Below are positions 52,950 to 64,000 of a DNA stretch of 64,000 nt, piece by piece. Source of the stretch: Cenococcum geophilum (taxonomy: Eukaryota); contig CP158636.1 of assembly GCA_050273025.1 (NCBI GenBank), forward strand, positions 10,168,001-10,232,000. Direction: 5' to 3'. How positions within the stretch are numbered: position 1 is the stretch's first letter; every line of letters begins with the position of its first letter. A model generated the notes under the pieces. The model had not been told where the DNA came from. It ran no database searches and worked only from the letters and a program-made list of their open reading frames with translations. The position numbers were made by a program, and so were the translations under genes.

Positions 52950-55290
52950 AAAGATAGTAACAAATCTTATCGTAGGTCTTTTGCTTCTTCTTATCCCTTA
53001 CTTCTTTTTAGATTATAATAGCGTTAAAGCAACGTTATCCGCGGTTATAATAATTGCATAGGCTCCTAGGTGGTAAAATACTACTATAAAAAGAACGTCT
53101 TTGACGCTACCTAGCGACTTCGCTGCTTATTTTTCGGCATAGACTATAATCTAAAAAACTTAGACTAACAAGTTAACTTCCAAAGATGGCGTTCGCACTA
53201 TTATTAGCTTATCAGACAGTCCTATAGATTTTTAAAGCTCTTCTATCCTTTTTAAGAGCACTAGCCTTATAGAGCCTTAAACCATTACAACCTCTTCTAA
53301 TATTGGACCCTATTATTCTCGCATAAGTACTAGGATAGACTTAAGTTTAATATCTACTACCTTACTATTAGCAGTAATAACGATTATAAATATATATAGA
53401 CCTCTACTTTTAAAAAGCTATTTAATTCTCTTTATAGCTACTAGTCTTATAGGGCCTTAAAGTAGTATTACAATTTATATTAAAATCGAATCTTAGCTTT
53501 CTCTTACGGGCACTAGGACAGATATAACTCTAACACCCACTAACCTCTAACAGACGGTAACGACTATAGCAAATCCGAACGGATTATTACGTTTAGAAAG
53601 CTTTTTAATTATCTTAAAGGGCACTAGCTTTATCCTCTCTTAAAGCCTTAGTATAACTTATACTAAAGCCTTATTCCAGCTCTCTCTTATAAGGACTAGG
53701 AATAACTTAACTTTAATATCTATTAATTCCGTAGGGGCAACTATAACTACTATAGAAATTTTAAATGGTGTTTAAACTTTAAATAGTCTTTAGATTTCCT
53801 TAAAGAGTAATAGCCCTATAGAACTTTAAAGCGCTACTATAGCTTATACTAAAGCCAATCCCTAGATCTTTCTTATAAGCACCACAACGGATCTAACTTT
53901 AAGATCCGTTAACTCCCTAGGGACGGTTAAAACTATTACATAACCCTTTAACGGACTATTGCGCTCTACGGTACTGCCGCTTATATTAGATTTAAGCTAG
54001 ATATCTAGGTTAATATACACTTCTCTAGATTCCCTTAGTAGAGCTTCCCAGTTTATAAGTTTAATCCCAAGTTTAAACAGATATTTAAGTATTTCAACTA
54101 CCCTTTCCAAATCCATACAGCTGCTCTCTTTTTTATTAACACGGCCTATAAACGGGGAGGGCCTTATAATAGCTAGCAGTACTTTTATATTCAGCTATAC
54201 TATATCTATCTCAAATTCTATAAACTACGCATCTATTTTAGTTCTCGCCAGTACTATAGCCATCTTAGTTCTAACTTATAACACACCTATTTTAGTTCCT
54301 ATCAGCACCAAAACTATCTCGGTTCTTACTAGCACTATATTTATTTTAGCTTCTACCAGCACCATATCTACCTCAGTTCCCACTAGCACTATATCCATTT
54401 TAATTCCTACCAGCGTTACATCTTCCTTAGTTTCTAATAGCATTATATCTATCTTAATTCTTACCAGCACTATATCCATTTTAGTTTTAACTAACACCAT
54501 ATCTATTTCAAATCCTATAAGCTCTGCTATTAGACTTCTATACATATCTCTAGATCCCACAGCCTCTATTTCTACCTCTATCTCTTCTTTTTATATTATA
54601 AAAGTTACAGCTACTATATATGCGCTTATACGGATAATTCCAACTTCCCTAACAACGCTATAGTCACTTAGATGATTTTTAAGCACTTTAGATATCGCTC
54701 CTAGTTCCTTAATTTCCTTAAGTTCCGCAATTCTAGCCAAAGAAATAGCTGCGGTTTTACTACCAGGTTTAACTAGACAGGACTAAATAGACTAGAGCAG
54801 CACGACAAATTTTATACTAGCTACCTCAATAATAGATTTAGGGTCCTTAAGTGCTAAGCTTCTTAGTATCTTTCCTATATTAACTTCGGAAATTATTCTA
54901 TTAAGTATAGCTATAGGTAGGAGCTACTCTAGAGCTTGGACAAGCTTATAGATCTTAGATAAACCTAGTACGCTAGTTACTTCTTTCCGTACTATTATTT
55001 CCTTTAATAATAAGTATTATACCGCTTCTACCACTACGCAGACATAAGTGCTAAATAACGGCACTCTATTTGGTAATTCTTTACAGAGTTATATAGTAAA
55101 GGCTAAGAGTATTAAGGTTAGTCTTAGTACAATCGCTAAGATACTAGCCTTCGTAGCCGCGATTATATTACTACTAAGGCAATATAGGCGGCGCTAATAG
55201 GGCACGATAAATATAAAAAGGCCAGTTATTTCTCGCCCTTTTCCAATCTAGGGATACGTTTTAGCTCTACTATTTAATACTATATAATAT
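52950..55290 (+). pseudogene. Ser/Thr-rich mucin-like single-pass surface protein with internal repeats
   Basis: A long frame with about 58-aa degenerate repeats (53260-53950) and 10-aa repeats (54200-54530), ending in a TM plus basic stretch AKILAFVAAIILLLRQYRRR. Confidence 0.6.
54200..54530 (+). repeat. 30-bp coding tandem repeat (about 11 units)
   Basis: Units such as accagcaccatatctacctcagttcccact encode a TSTISTSVP-like decapeptide. Confidence 0.85.
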
Positions 55291-55329
55291 ATACGGGAGT
55301 TTAGATATATTATTTATCGTTCTCTAATA

Positions 55330-56186
55330 TATAAGCTAGCGCAAAGTACCAAAGTAAGTTAATAGTACTTCCGTTTTAGTAAATAAGATTGCGGCGGCTT
55401 GTTTATAACGTATTAACAGGCGCATCCCTTATAGTAAGTTAGGTTATAGCGATAGATTAGTGTTACTAGAGGCCCAGTTAACTTATTTATTAAATTTTAG
55501 GTAGCAACTGCTTCTTAAAGTGCCGTGTTTATGTTTATATTAGAGGCAGGTACTATCTTCTACTGCTATATTCTAAGACTAACTTTTATAATGCATAAAT
55601 TACTACTCTCCCTAGTATTCTTTTTTCCGACCGCTTTTAGGCTCTAAAACTATATATTAGATAAAATGCCTACTGTACTTATTACTGCAAATTAAGGGGG
55701 AAGGAATTCTATATAGAATTTTAGCCTATTGCTTTACCGGGATTATAAGGTACCTTTTAACAACACCTAACCTTATTTTACAGCGGGAGGTAGAACTAGC
55801 ATCTCTTATTTATATTTTTAAAATAATTTAGAAGCTAATAGTTATAAATTCTGCGTTATATAGTTTAGTAGTTCCTTAACTAGCCTTTTCTCTATAAGTT
55901 ATAGGGATAGCTATTAGATATAAAACTACTACGCCTCTTACAGTCACTCCGCAAGTCTTAGAATTATTTCCTCTTTCTTTAATCAACTGCTATATATATA
56001 GCTATCTTTCTAATAGGACTAGCGCAATCGATTAATTTAACGCCTTAACTCCGCCGGAAAATCCGTATATTATTCTTATCGACTTAATAAGCTGTAGTTC
56101 TACTATTAGTATATCCTCTTAATCATATAAAACAACCTCCCTTAAATAGTTTTATTATAAAATTCTCTTATAAAACGTGATTGCAT
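55330..56186 (-). pseudogene. RIP-degraded coiled-coil hypothetical protein
   Basis: DFPAELRR*INRLR*SY*KD...LKKEEIILRLAE*L*EA...LIEKRLVKELLNYITQNL. Confidence 0.35.
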
Positions 56187-56245
56187 ATTACTTATAATTT
56201 ATATAGTCTTAATCTATAGCTGCGGCAGAATTGTATATATAAATA

Positions 56246-56480
56246 TGTCGACCTAAATTAGGTTATCTTGTCACCGACTTAGCTACCTCTATTGACTTAG
56301 TTATTGACTTAGTCATTGACTCGGTCACCTACCCCTTATTTTCATTACCACCCCCCTCCCCCCTTCTTATTCTCATTTCTTATACCTTTCTTATATATAT
56401 ATAGAGGCTCTTAAAGCTATATTTAATAGACAAAGTCCTTATTCTTTTCTTATAATCGGTACACGGATATCTAATTAATA
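56246..56480. mobile_element. Solo LTR, family A
   Basis: TGTCGACC...ATTAATA (RIP form of GTCGACA), with flanks AAATA/AAATG. Confidence 0.78.
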
Positions 56481-56557
56481 AAATGTTAAAATATCCGGGG
56501 ACACCAAATTTAGTAATTAGAGGCTCTATAATGCCCTTAGCTTTTTTAGGGTAGTAG

Positions 56558-56662
56558 TTAATATAGGGGGTAAGGATAGTATAGGGGGTAAGGATAATAT
56601 AGGGGATAGGGGTAATATAGGGGGTGAGGATAATATAGGGGATAGGGGTGGTATAAGGGATA
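56558..56662. repeat. 18-bp tandem repeat (taatatagggggtaagga), about 5-6 units
   Basis: Directly visible. Confidence 0.8.
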
Positions 56663-57040
56663 AAAAAAGTTTAGTCGTTATCTTAGTCACCTTTATTACC
56701 CTACTTAACCACCCTCTCCGCAATCATAGATACTTAAATGGCTGAGAATTTGTAGTTTATAGCTATGCCGATATGTATTATCTTAGCTGCTAATATCGCC
56801 TTAATTGGAGTTTTTTTACGCTTGTAATTTCTTCCCTAGTAGCCACCTTATCCCCTTAGTCAGCTTATTTAAGCTTAATCTATACTCTTTATAGCTATAA
56901 TGACCCTTATCCTAAAGTACCTACTCTAAGTACAGATACTATATACTCCTAGAGGTAGTCTCTATAAGGCGTTTTAGCTAGGTTTAAAAACAAAAGGCAT
57001 ATCTATTATCGAGAGTAACTTCCTTAAAATTTAGAGTTCC

Positions 57041-57628
57041 CCTATCTTCTCCCCAGATCGACTATAAAAGGCTATAAACAACCCATTATCTGGACAGTAT
57101 AACGGCCCCCCCCCACTAATCTAGATTATAGAGGACGAGGAATAAGAAGTCGAAGAAATCCTAGCAGTTAAAAAGGACCGTAATGTCTTGAAATACTATA
57201 CAAGCTAGGTAAGCCATAATAAAGACCCGGAATGGTATCCTGTATTTAATTTTAAGTATTCCCCCTATAAGCTACAGGATTTCTACCTAGCCTAACCAGA
57301 CCTCCCCAGACCACCACGTAAACTAGAAAACTGGATTAAATGCTAAGAAGAAGGGTTGGACAATTACGACAATTTAGACGACAATAAGGAGCTTAAACAA
57401 CACCTAAGGGCAGGCTTTTTTAAAAGAGGGGGGTAATATAACTATGCTAGGGCGCGAGGCAGATAAGGCAGATAAGGCAGATAAGGTGGGTGAGGTAGGT
57501 AAAGTAGATAAGGTAGTTAAATATATATAGTAATAGTGTTATTAGTTTCTAGTGCCTTAGATATATTTAGATAAATATTAAAGATTTAATTATATTACCT
57601 GTATAGGATTTTCAATCCTAATACTACA
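57041..57628 (+). mobile_element. 3' fragment of a second chromovirus (integrase tail, chromodomain, PPT, probable LTR)
   Basis: PIFSPDRL*KAINNPLSGQYNGPPP...EE*EVEEILAVKKDRNVLKYYTS*VSHNKDPEWYP...FKYSPYKLQDFY...FFKRGG*, then PPT AAAAGAGGGGGG and TATAAC (from TGTAAC) at 57437. The LTR end is uncertain. Confidence 0.85.
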
Positions 57629-57739
57629 TTCCTTTTTTATATATTTAATTCTAATATAATTTATAGGATTAAGAAAATAATACTATTTAACAACTTCTTT
57701 AATCTTGTTTGAGATCGAACAAACATAATAAAAGTCTTA

Positions 57740-59260
57740 ATATCAATATTTCGCTATTAGCTATTAAGTCTTTCTCTTCCTTCAATCCTCCGCTTAATCT
57801 TACGACGTCATTATACTCCCCCCACAAACATTAATACGTTATACTTAAACGGCTTCTATAAACTCTATAAGGTTATAAGTATCTCAAACTATAAGAATCT
57901 CACGCTTACGTTATATATAAAAGGTAAGGGCGGCACAGTAAATAGACTAACACTCGCGTTAAAGGTGTATAGGGAGAGAAAGAACCCTATACGTTACTTA
58001 AGACCCCACTTTACTAATCCTAAGGGCCTTCTTAACGCAATAGCCAAGAGCAACGCGTATATATTAGGTTCTCGCGCTACAAACTACTTTATACCTGGCT
58101 CTGCTAAGCTATACTTTAATTTTAACTTCTATATCCAAGTAGATATTAAAGGCATTTTTAGAATGCTTAGTAAGATAAAGTTAAGCTATAGTATACAGTG
58201 GACCTCTCCAATATAGTCACTAGTCCGAAAATTAAGCTTTTAAAAGTTTAAGATAAATATAAAAGTGTTATAATACATATCTAAGTCTAAAGAATTTAAT
58301 ACCCTAATGGAAAAGTATCCTTAAGAAAAGGTTTATTTTATAGAATATAGCGAGGGCCTAGATATATCCGCTAGGTATACCTTTAACGGAACCGCGTTCT
58401 TATTTAACCAAGATATATCTAGTTAGAATAATTATTAGGATAGAGATATAGATAAAATGGACTTACCTAATCCTGTCTATAAGACTACGGAAGATAAGGA
58501 GCATAACGCTTATATTTAGTTACGGCAGTTCTTCGCCAATCTTTACTATTATTGATATAACTATAACCTATAAGGATTACATAAGACGATCTAGGTCTTA
58601 CATAACAGGAAGGGATTATAGCATCTAGGGACGTTACTAACCTTTTCCTTTTAGCACGAAAATAATTATAATAGGCTAGATAAATACGACCGAGGCAGCG
58701 AAACACTTAAGGTAATTAAAGGAAAGAGCGCAAAGAGTAGGGTTTGTGTGTAATTAATATTTAATATAGCCATCCCTTAGTTAACTCCTTTCTATAATAT
58801 CCTCCAATTCTATTTAAGTTAAGTTTAATGTTTTATTTCTGGGCTTAGAGCGGTATATTTATACCCTAAACCCTCCTAGCGGAAGGAGGCATATACTTAG
58901 TTACGTAGAGTAGAGACCCTACATGTCTAAGCGGCTAAAGAGAAGTATAAGGTTTGAGGATATTAATATGTGGAGAATTAGGCGGCGCTAGAACTTTATA
59001 AAATAGGGGATAATAAATCCCTATTTATACTATTTCCGTAAAGAGAGGGATAATCGGCTAAAATACTAAAGCAGTTCTGGGATAATTTGTAGGTTATAGC
59101 TTAGTGGCAGAAGGAGACCTGGCTTAATCCTCTACTAGGATTATATCAGATGCTCCTAGAAAACCATTAGGGGGTAGATATTAAGGCTATATAGTAGAAT
59201 ACTAGAAATTTGGGATATATATACAACAGCTAATATCTCCTTTAGCAATTCTACACTAAC
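57740..59260 (+). pseudogene. Predicted nucleotidyltransferase-fold protein (GS...DxD motif)
   Basis: LLNAIAKSNAYILGSRATNYFIPGSAKLYFNFNFYI (from ISGSRA.DYF.P....SDFDFY), and later ILQFYLS*V*CFISG...LYP and KYKV*GY...IGDNKS. Confidence 0.55.
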
Positions 59261-59418
59261 TGTTTTAATAAATATGGCATCTTACCTAAGCTCGGTATTG
59301 TAGACTCCTATATCCAAGCTAAGTATTATAGAGGGTAGTAGTTATAGGGCCTTAAGCATCCCTAAAGCTACTGTGGTATGCTAGCGGTCAAACTACTATA
59401 GTTAAGTCACAGATTAAA

Positions 59419-59553
59419 TGTCGGCTGAGGGTTAATTACTATTTAATTAATGATAGATTAGGGGTGTTTTAATATAGATCCTAGTGTATATTATAGGAGT
59501 GTAGAGCCTCTTATAATTCGATAGAGTTCTTATTCTTAATCTTCTATTTAATA
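59419..59553. mobile_element. Solo LTR related to family A
   Basis: TGTCGG...TTAATA (RIP form of CCGACA) with a perfect TTAAA TSD, sharing the tagagcc...ttcttattctt core. Confidence 0.7.
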
Positions 59554-59904
59554 TTAAAGTATTAGAGCTTGGGTATATTCTTTTCTAAGTTTTTATATAT
59601 AGTTGCACGGGATAATATTTAAATTATCTTATAAAGCCTGCTATACCTTATATGGATTAATACTAATTATTATATATATTTACATACTTAGAGACTCCTA
59701 AGTCGAACTAGATAGTTATATTATACTAAAGTAAGACGGTAGTAAAACAAGTCCGATTTAGGTCGATAATATATAAATCGCCTTAAGCAGCTCTAGAATT
59801 AAACTTCAATTGATTTAAGGCATTCTACCTAGGAGCGTATAGAATTTTTTTTAGAAGAACGTGGAATTTATAGTAAATTATAAAAAGAGATACGCTAGGT
59901 GGTC

Positions 59905-60975
59905 GTATAAGCTAGATAATTATGCAAACTAGGTAATCGTACGAGCTAGGTAGATAAGCGTAGCGCCCTCTAAACATATAGCTAGGATTTTAACAGATTT
60001 AGCGGCTATAGCTTTAGTCCTATAAGCTAGGCGCTTATAAAAGCTAGGGGATCCTATAAGCTAGGTAATTGTATAAGTAGGGTAATCTAACCTAGCGCCT
60101 TCTAATTAACGCCTAGCGTACAAATAAAATATTAATAGGTTTAGCAACTTTGTGGCTTCAATCCTACGAGCTAAGCAATCTTATAAGCTGGGTAATTGTG
60201 TAAGCTAGGTAATTATACGAGCTAGGTAATTGTATAAGCTAAATGCTCATAGGAGCTAGATACTCGTAGGAGCTAGGTAATCCTATAAGCTAGGTAATCT
60301 TATAAGCTAGGTAATTTTGCAAGCTAGGGGATCTTATAAGCTAGGTAATCTTATAAGCTAGGAAATCTTATAAGCTAGGTAATTTTATAAGCTAAGTAAT
60401 CTTACGAGCTAGGGGATCTTGCGAGCTAGGTAATTCTATAAGCTAAGTAATCTTATAAGCTAGGTAATTCTATAAGCTAAGTAATCTTATAAGCTAGGTA
60501 ATTCTATAAGCTAGGTAATTTTACAAGCTAGGTAATTTTACAAGCTAGGTAATTCCACGAGCTAGGTAATCTTGCGAGCTAGGTAATCCTATAAGCTAGG
60601 TAATTATATAAGCTAGGTAATTATGCGAACTAGGTGCTCGTAGGAGCCAGCCGATCCTACAAGCTAGGCGATTATATAAGCTAGGTGCTTGTAGGAGCTA
60701 GCCAATCCTATAAACTAGGTGGTCGTATAAGCTAAGTGCTTATAGGAGCTAGGCGCTCGTAGGAGATCGTAAGAGCTAGGTAATTATAATCTAGTGCCCT
60801 TTATTAACGCTTAGCTGCAAGCTAGTCAATTCTATAAGCTAGGTAATTGCGTAAGCTAGGCGATTATATAAGCTAGGTAATAGTAGGGTCTAAGTATAAG
60901 CCTGTTTTGCTGCCTTTATAAAGTTAAAAATAACTACTAGTAAATCGTATAAGCTAGGTAATCCTATAAACTAGC
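59905..60975. repeat. 17-bp minisatellite (ataagctaggtaatctt), core about 60165-60780
   Basis: Dozens of units with a conserved agctagg core and mostly transition variants. Confidence 0.95.
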
Positions 60976-61027
60976 TAGAAGGTATAAAGAGATTTAATAC
61001 TAGCTAATTCCTCTATAACCTATAATT

Positions 61028-63742
61028 ATGGCAAATATATTATAGGATAAAGCTATTTCTAAAGACCTATAGAAACACTTTCTTAGTATAGTAAAGATTG
61101 CTCTATAGTATCTAAAATTTCATAGGCCTAAGAAAGAGTATCTTGATCTAAACCATGTCTCTTATTTAGAAAAAGTTTTTAAATAGGATTGCGCTCGACT
61201 TAATCTAGGGAATTACATCCCTATAATTATTAACCCTGCGAAATTCGATATATTGGTCTAGAAATCTAGTACTAGAAAACACCTACTAAAACTACTTCAC
61301 TAAGAACTACCGAGGCTCCCTATATAGAACAACACGTCTTTACTTTACTTGCATGGCAGGTATTGTATTATAGCAGCTTAGAATATACTCTTCTTAGAGG
61401 ATAGATAATAGTGTACTGACCTATATTTATTAGGTTTGTTTATAGCTTTATTTACGGTTAATTAATCTAATAGGGATAGGTATATCTAAGCGAACAGGGA
61501 CATATATTTAAGAAAGGTATTTATACGCTTAAAAAGCTACTAACAGCGAAGTATACCGACTAGTCCGCTTCTATTAATCTCATAGGGATACGTTAGGTAA
61601 ATAAAGATGGCTCCTTTAACTAAGTGACAATAAGTAGGGTAAAGTTATAAACTGGATCCAACAACCTAAATATAAATAGTTAGGCTATATAATAAATACG
61701 CTATTGCCGTATATAGGGTTATAGGGGGACCTTAAACTTAGATGTTTTCCTATAATATAGAGTTAGAAGTGCCTAGAGGTTTACTTCCTGTAATTAAGAT
61801 TTTTTAGTATATTACTTACAAATAATAGGAAATCTGCTACTATATTAGGCATATACAGCAAGTTTAAAAGTTTATTACCAACAATAATAAGTTAATACTG
61901 CCTTTTTTTAACGGGGGTACGGTCCGGAGCCTATAATCCCTTACACCATTAGCGTGTTCTAATAACAAAAATCTAGTAATAATATTAGTAAATACCGGTT
62001 AGGTTTTTTCTAATATACCAAATTTGCTACGCCTAAAGGTCCTAATTTAGTTACTTAAGGTACCGGGCATAATCCTAATATTTAAAACATTCTTTAAAGA
62101 TTTAAAGTATCTCAAACCCGTAATAATAATCTTAAGGGGAATACTACCGCTAAACCATAAAGATTCTATAAGAGAGATAATTACGCATTGCTATATAGGG
62201 TTATTAGAGCACGACGGTTATTATTTAGTTTAATTTAGTTTAAATAGAGAGCGTTATATACCAAACACCCTAGGATTACTTATTCGCTATCATCAACTCT
62301 ACTTATACTCACTACGATATTTTCCTAGTATAACCGATATATCTCCATTAGTAAACAAAAGAAGTAAGAAGGATAACATTAAAAGTAGTAAAAAGAGCAA
62401 TAACTCCGCTAAAAAGAGGGCTTAGTATAAATTCACGAGGCTAGCTAGTAATCTCGGGTTTAAGTTAAAGCCTATTAAGGAACTTTTAGGGGAAGACCCT
62501 AATAAAGCAGAAATCCGGGTTTCCCTTTATAATTAGCGACCTAAAGAATTATATAAAATTAGTGACGAGGATTTTAAATTAGAGGTAGACCGCTAACTAG
62601 AAGTGCTTTATGCCAAATTTAAGCAGCAAATACTCCTAAACCCCACTCTTACTCTAAGCGTTAATTTTAGTAGTAAGCTTATTAATTATAGATGCGGTAA
62701 ACCGCTATAGGCTTCCTATATCTCTAATAAGAATCTTTTATTCCTACCTATATTATATAGTATAGATAATATAGTTAGTCCAAAAGCTATGCTTACATTA
62801 TTCGCAGTTAAACGATTTATTTTCTTCTGCTTTTTTAGGTAGAGGGATACAAACGATTCCGACCTTTAGATAAAAGAGATACAAGCACCTGTATCGGAAG
62901 TGCCCAAGAGTACTTATTTAGCTAGCTATAAGCAGCAGCAGGGCTATAAGCAGCAGTAAAGTTATAAGCAGCAGTAGAGCTATAAGCAGTAGTAGAGCCA
63001 CGAGCAGCAGCAAAGCTACGAGTAGTAGTAGAGCCACGAGCAGTAGCAGAGCCACAAGTAGCAGTAAAGCCACGAGCAGCAGTAGAGCCACGAGCAGCAG
63101 CAGAGCTACAAGCAGTAGTAGAGCTACGAGCAGCAGCAGGGAAGCAATAAGTAAAGTTAAATGGGTTACCTTATAGTCTAGCAACCTCCTAAAACTACTA
63201 TAACAACTACTTAAAGCGCCCTTTTTACTATTAAATCTCTATCTAATAAATACAAGATTATAAATTAGGTTGCTTTCTTTTAAATTATAACCTTAAAATA
63301 TAGCAGGATAGGAAACGATAGCTTTGCTATAAAAAATATAGCTTCCGAAATTATAGACGGATATTTTAACAATAACTTTATTAGAGCGCCTTAGAAATTC
63401 GGATACGTTATTACAAACTCTCTATAGTTAATAAATATTATAAATATCTATAATAGAGCTAATTTAACAAACACGAATTTTCCGTAGGTTATTTTTATTC
63501 TAGATAAAGGATCTAAGTTACTAGATATACGGTTTCTTAAAAAGCCTTTTTCTCAATATATAGATCTATTTTACGGTAGTAAGGCTATAAAATAAAAAGC
63601 ATTAAAGGACTAGCTACTAACTCCTAACAATTCTATAAAAAGCGTAAGACTTATTTAATAAGAAATCTAGCCTACGCTACCCCCTAAAACGCAAACTGGG
63701 CCCAAACTTCGCCCGTCTAACAAAGATATGGACGAAATTTAG
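61028..63742 (+). pseudogene. DUF3723-family protein (Starship auxiliary gene)
   Basis: ATG at 61028; LLYLHGRYCIIAA*NILFLEDR**CTDLY (from LCLHGRHR..AA...DRWW..DLY), IPGIILIFKTFFKDLKYL, YRCGKP, TLFAVKRFIFFCFF. Two introns; ends DMDEI*. Confidence 0.85.
62923..63140 (+). repeat. 18-bp coding repeat, about 12 x SHEQQQ, in the DUF3723 tail
   Basis: agc cac gag cag cag cag units are in frame with DUF3723, and many CAG/CAA codons have become TAG/TAA. Confidence 0.85.
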
Positions 63743-64000
63743 TAAGTGCGAATTTCTCGAATTAGGATGTAGCGAGGGGAAAGCCGACTTTTATATCTAT
63801 AAAGAAATATTATATTACTAGAAATTTAAGTCAAGGATTTTAGTATAAGCGCTTAATTTTATCTAATTATTAACCTAAAGGGATTAAAGAACATACAACG
63901 TCGGCTTAAGTATCATATTAGGATAGAGGCGTAAGCATAATAGGTTTACTAACATTACTATCTTCTTAGAAGTTTACTATAACTCCACACTTATATTGTC

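Noticed and set aside
54276..54560. 94-aa minus-strand ORF
   Set aside because: It is the antisense shadow of the 30-bp Ser/Thr repeat on the plus strand.
59905..60975. CRISPR-like array
   Set aside because: Units are contiguous with no unique spacers, no cas genes are present, and the context is eukaryotic with introns.
62918..63184. Leu-rich (LLLVAL)n ORF resembling a membrane protein
   Set aside because: It is the antisense shadow of the SHEQQQ repeat in DUF3723.
1..64000. Alternative genetic code (TAA/TAG read as Gln) explaining the in-frame stops
   Set aside because: Stops also replace Trp codons, ATG becomes ATA, conserved Asp/Gly/His residues are changed by transitions, and the LTR pair differs only by transitions. 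RIP explains all of this.

Overview
AT-rich fungal (filamentous ascomycete-type) DNA mutated end to end by Repeat-Induced Point mutation (RIP): TpA is in excess, CpA/TpG are scarce, Gln/Trp codons have become TAA/TAG and ATG has become ATA. This is why the ORF track holds only short fragments. Reading through RIP stops by eye shows a dense array of about 25 pseudogenes. Their mix matches the auxiliary and cargo genes of Starship giant transposons: DUF3723, ferric reductase/NOX-like, kinesin-light-chain-type TPR, Myb/SANT, two MADS/SRF-like factors, kinases, a PD-(D/E)XK nuclease, an NTase-fold protein, and surface/secreted proteins (AA11-like LPMO, BYS1, cupredoxin, SUR7-like, Ser/Thr mucin). 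No DUF3435 captain or element boundary is visible, so the Starship call is an inference. Nested inside are a full-length 6.3-kb Ty3/Gypsy chromovirus (192-bp LTRs, AAAGA TSD, self-priming signature), a second chromovirus 3' fragment, about seven solo LTRs, a pogo/Fot1 transposase remnant and several tandem arrays. All protein calls come from manual translation and motif recognition without database searches. Pseudogene boundaries are approximate.
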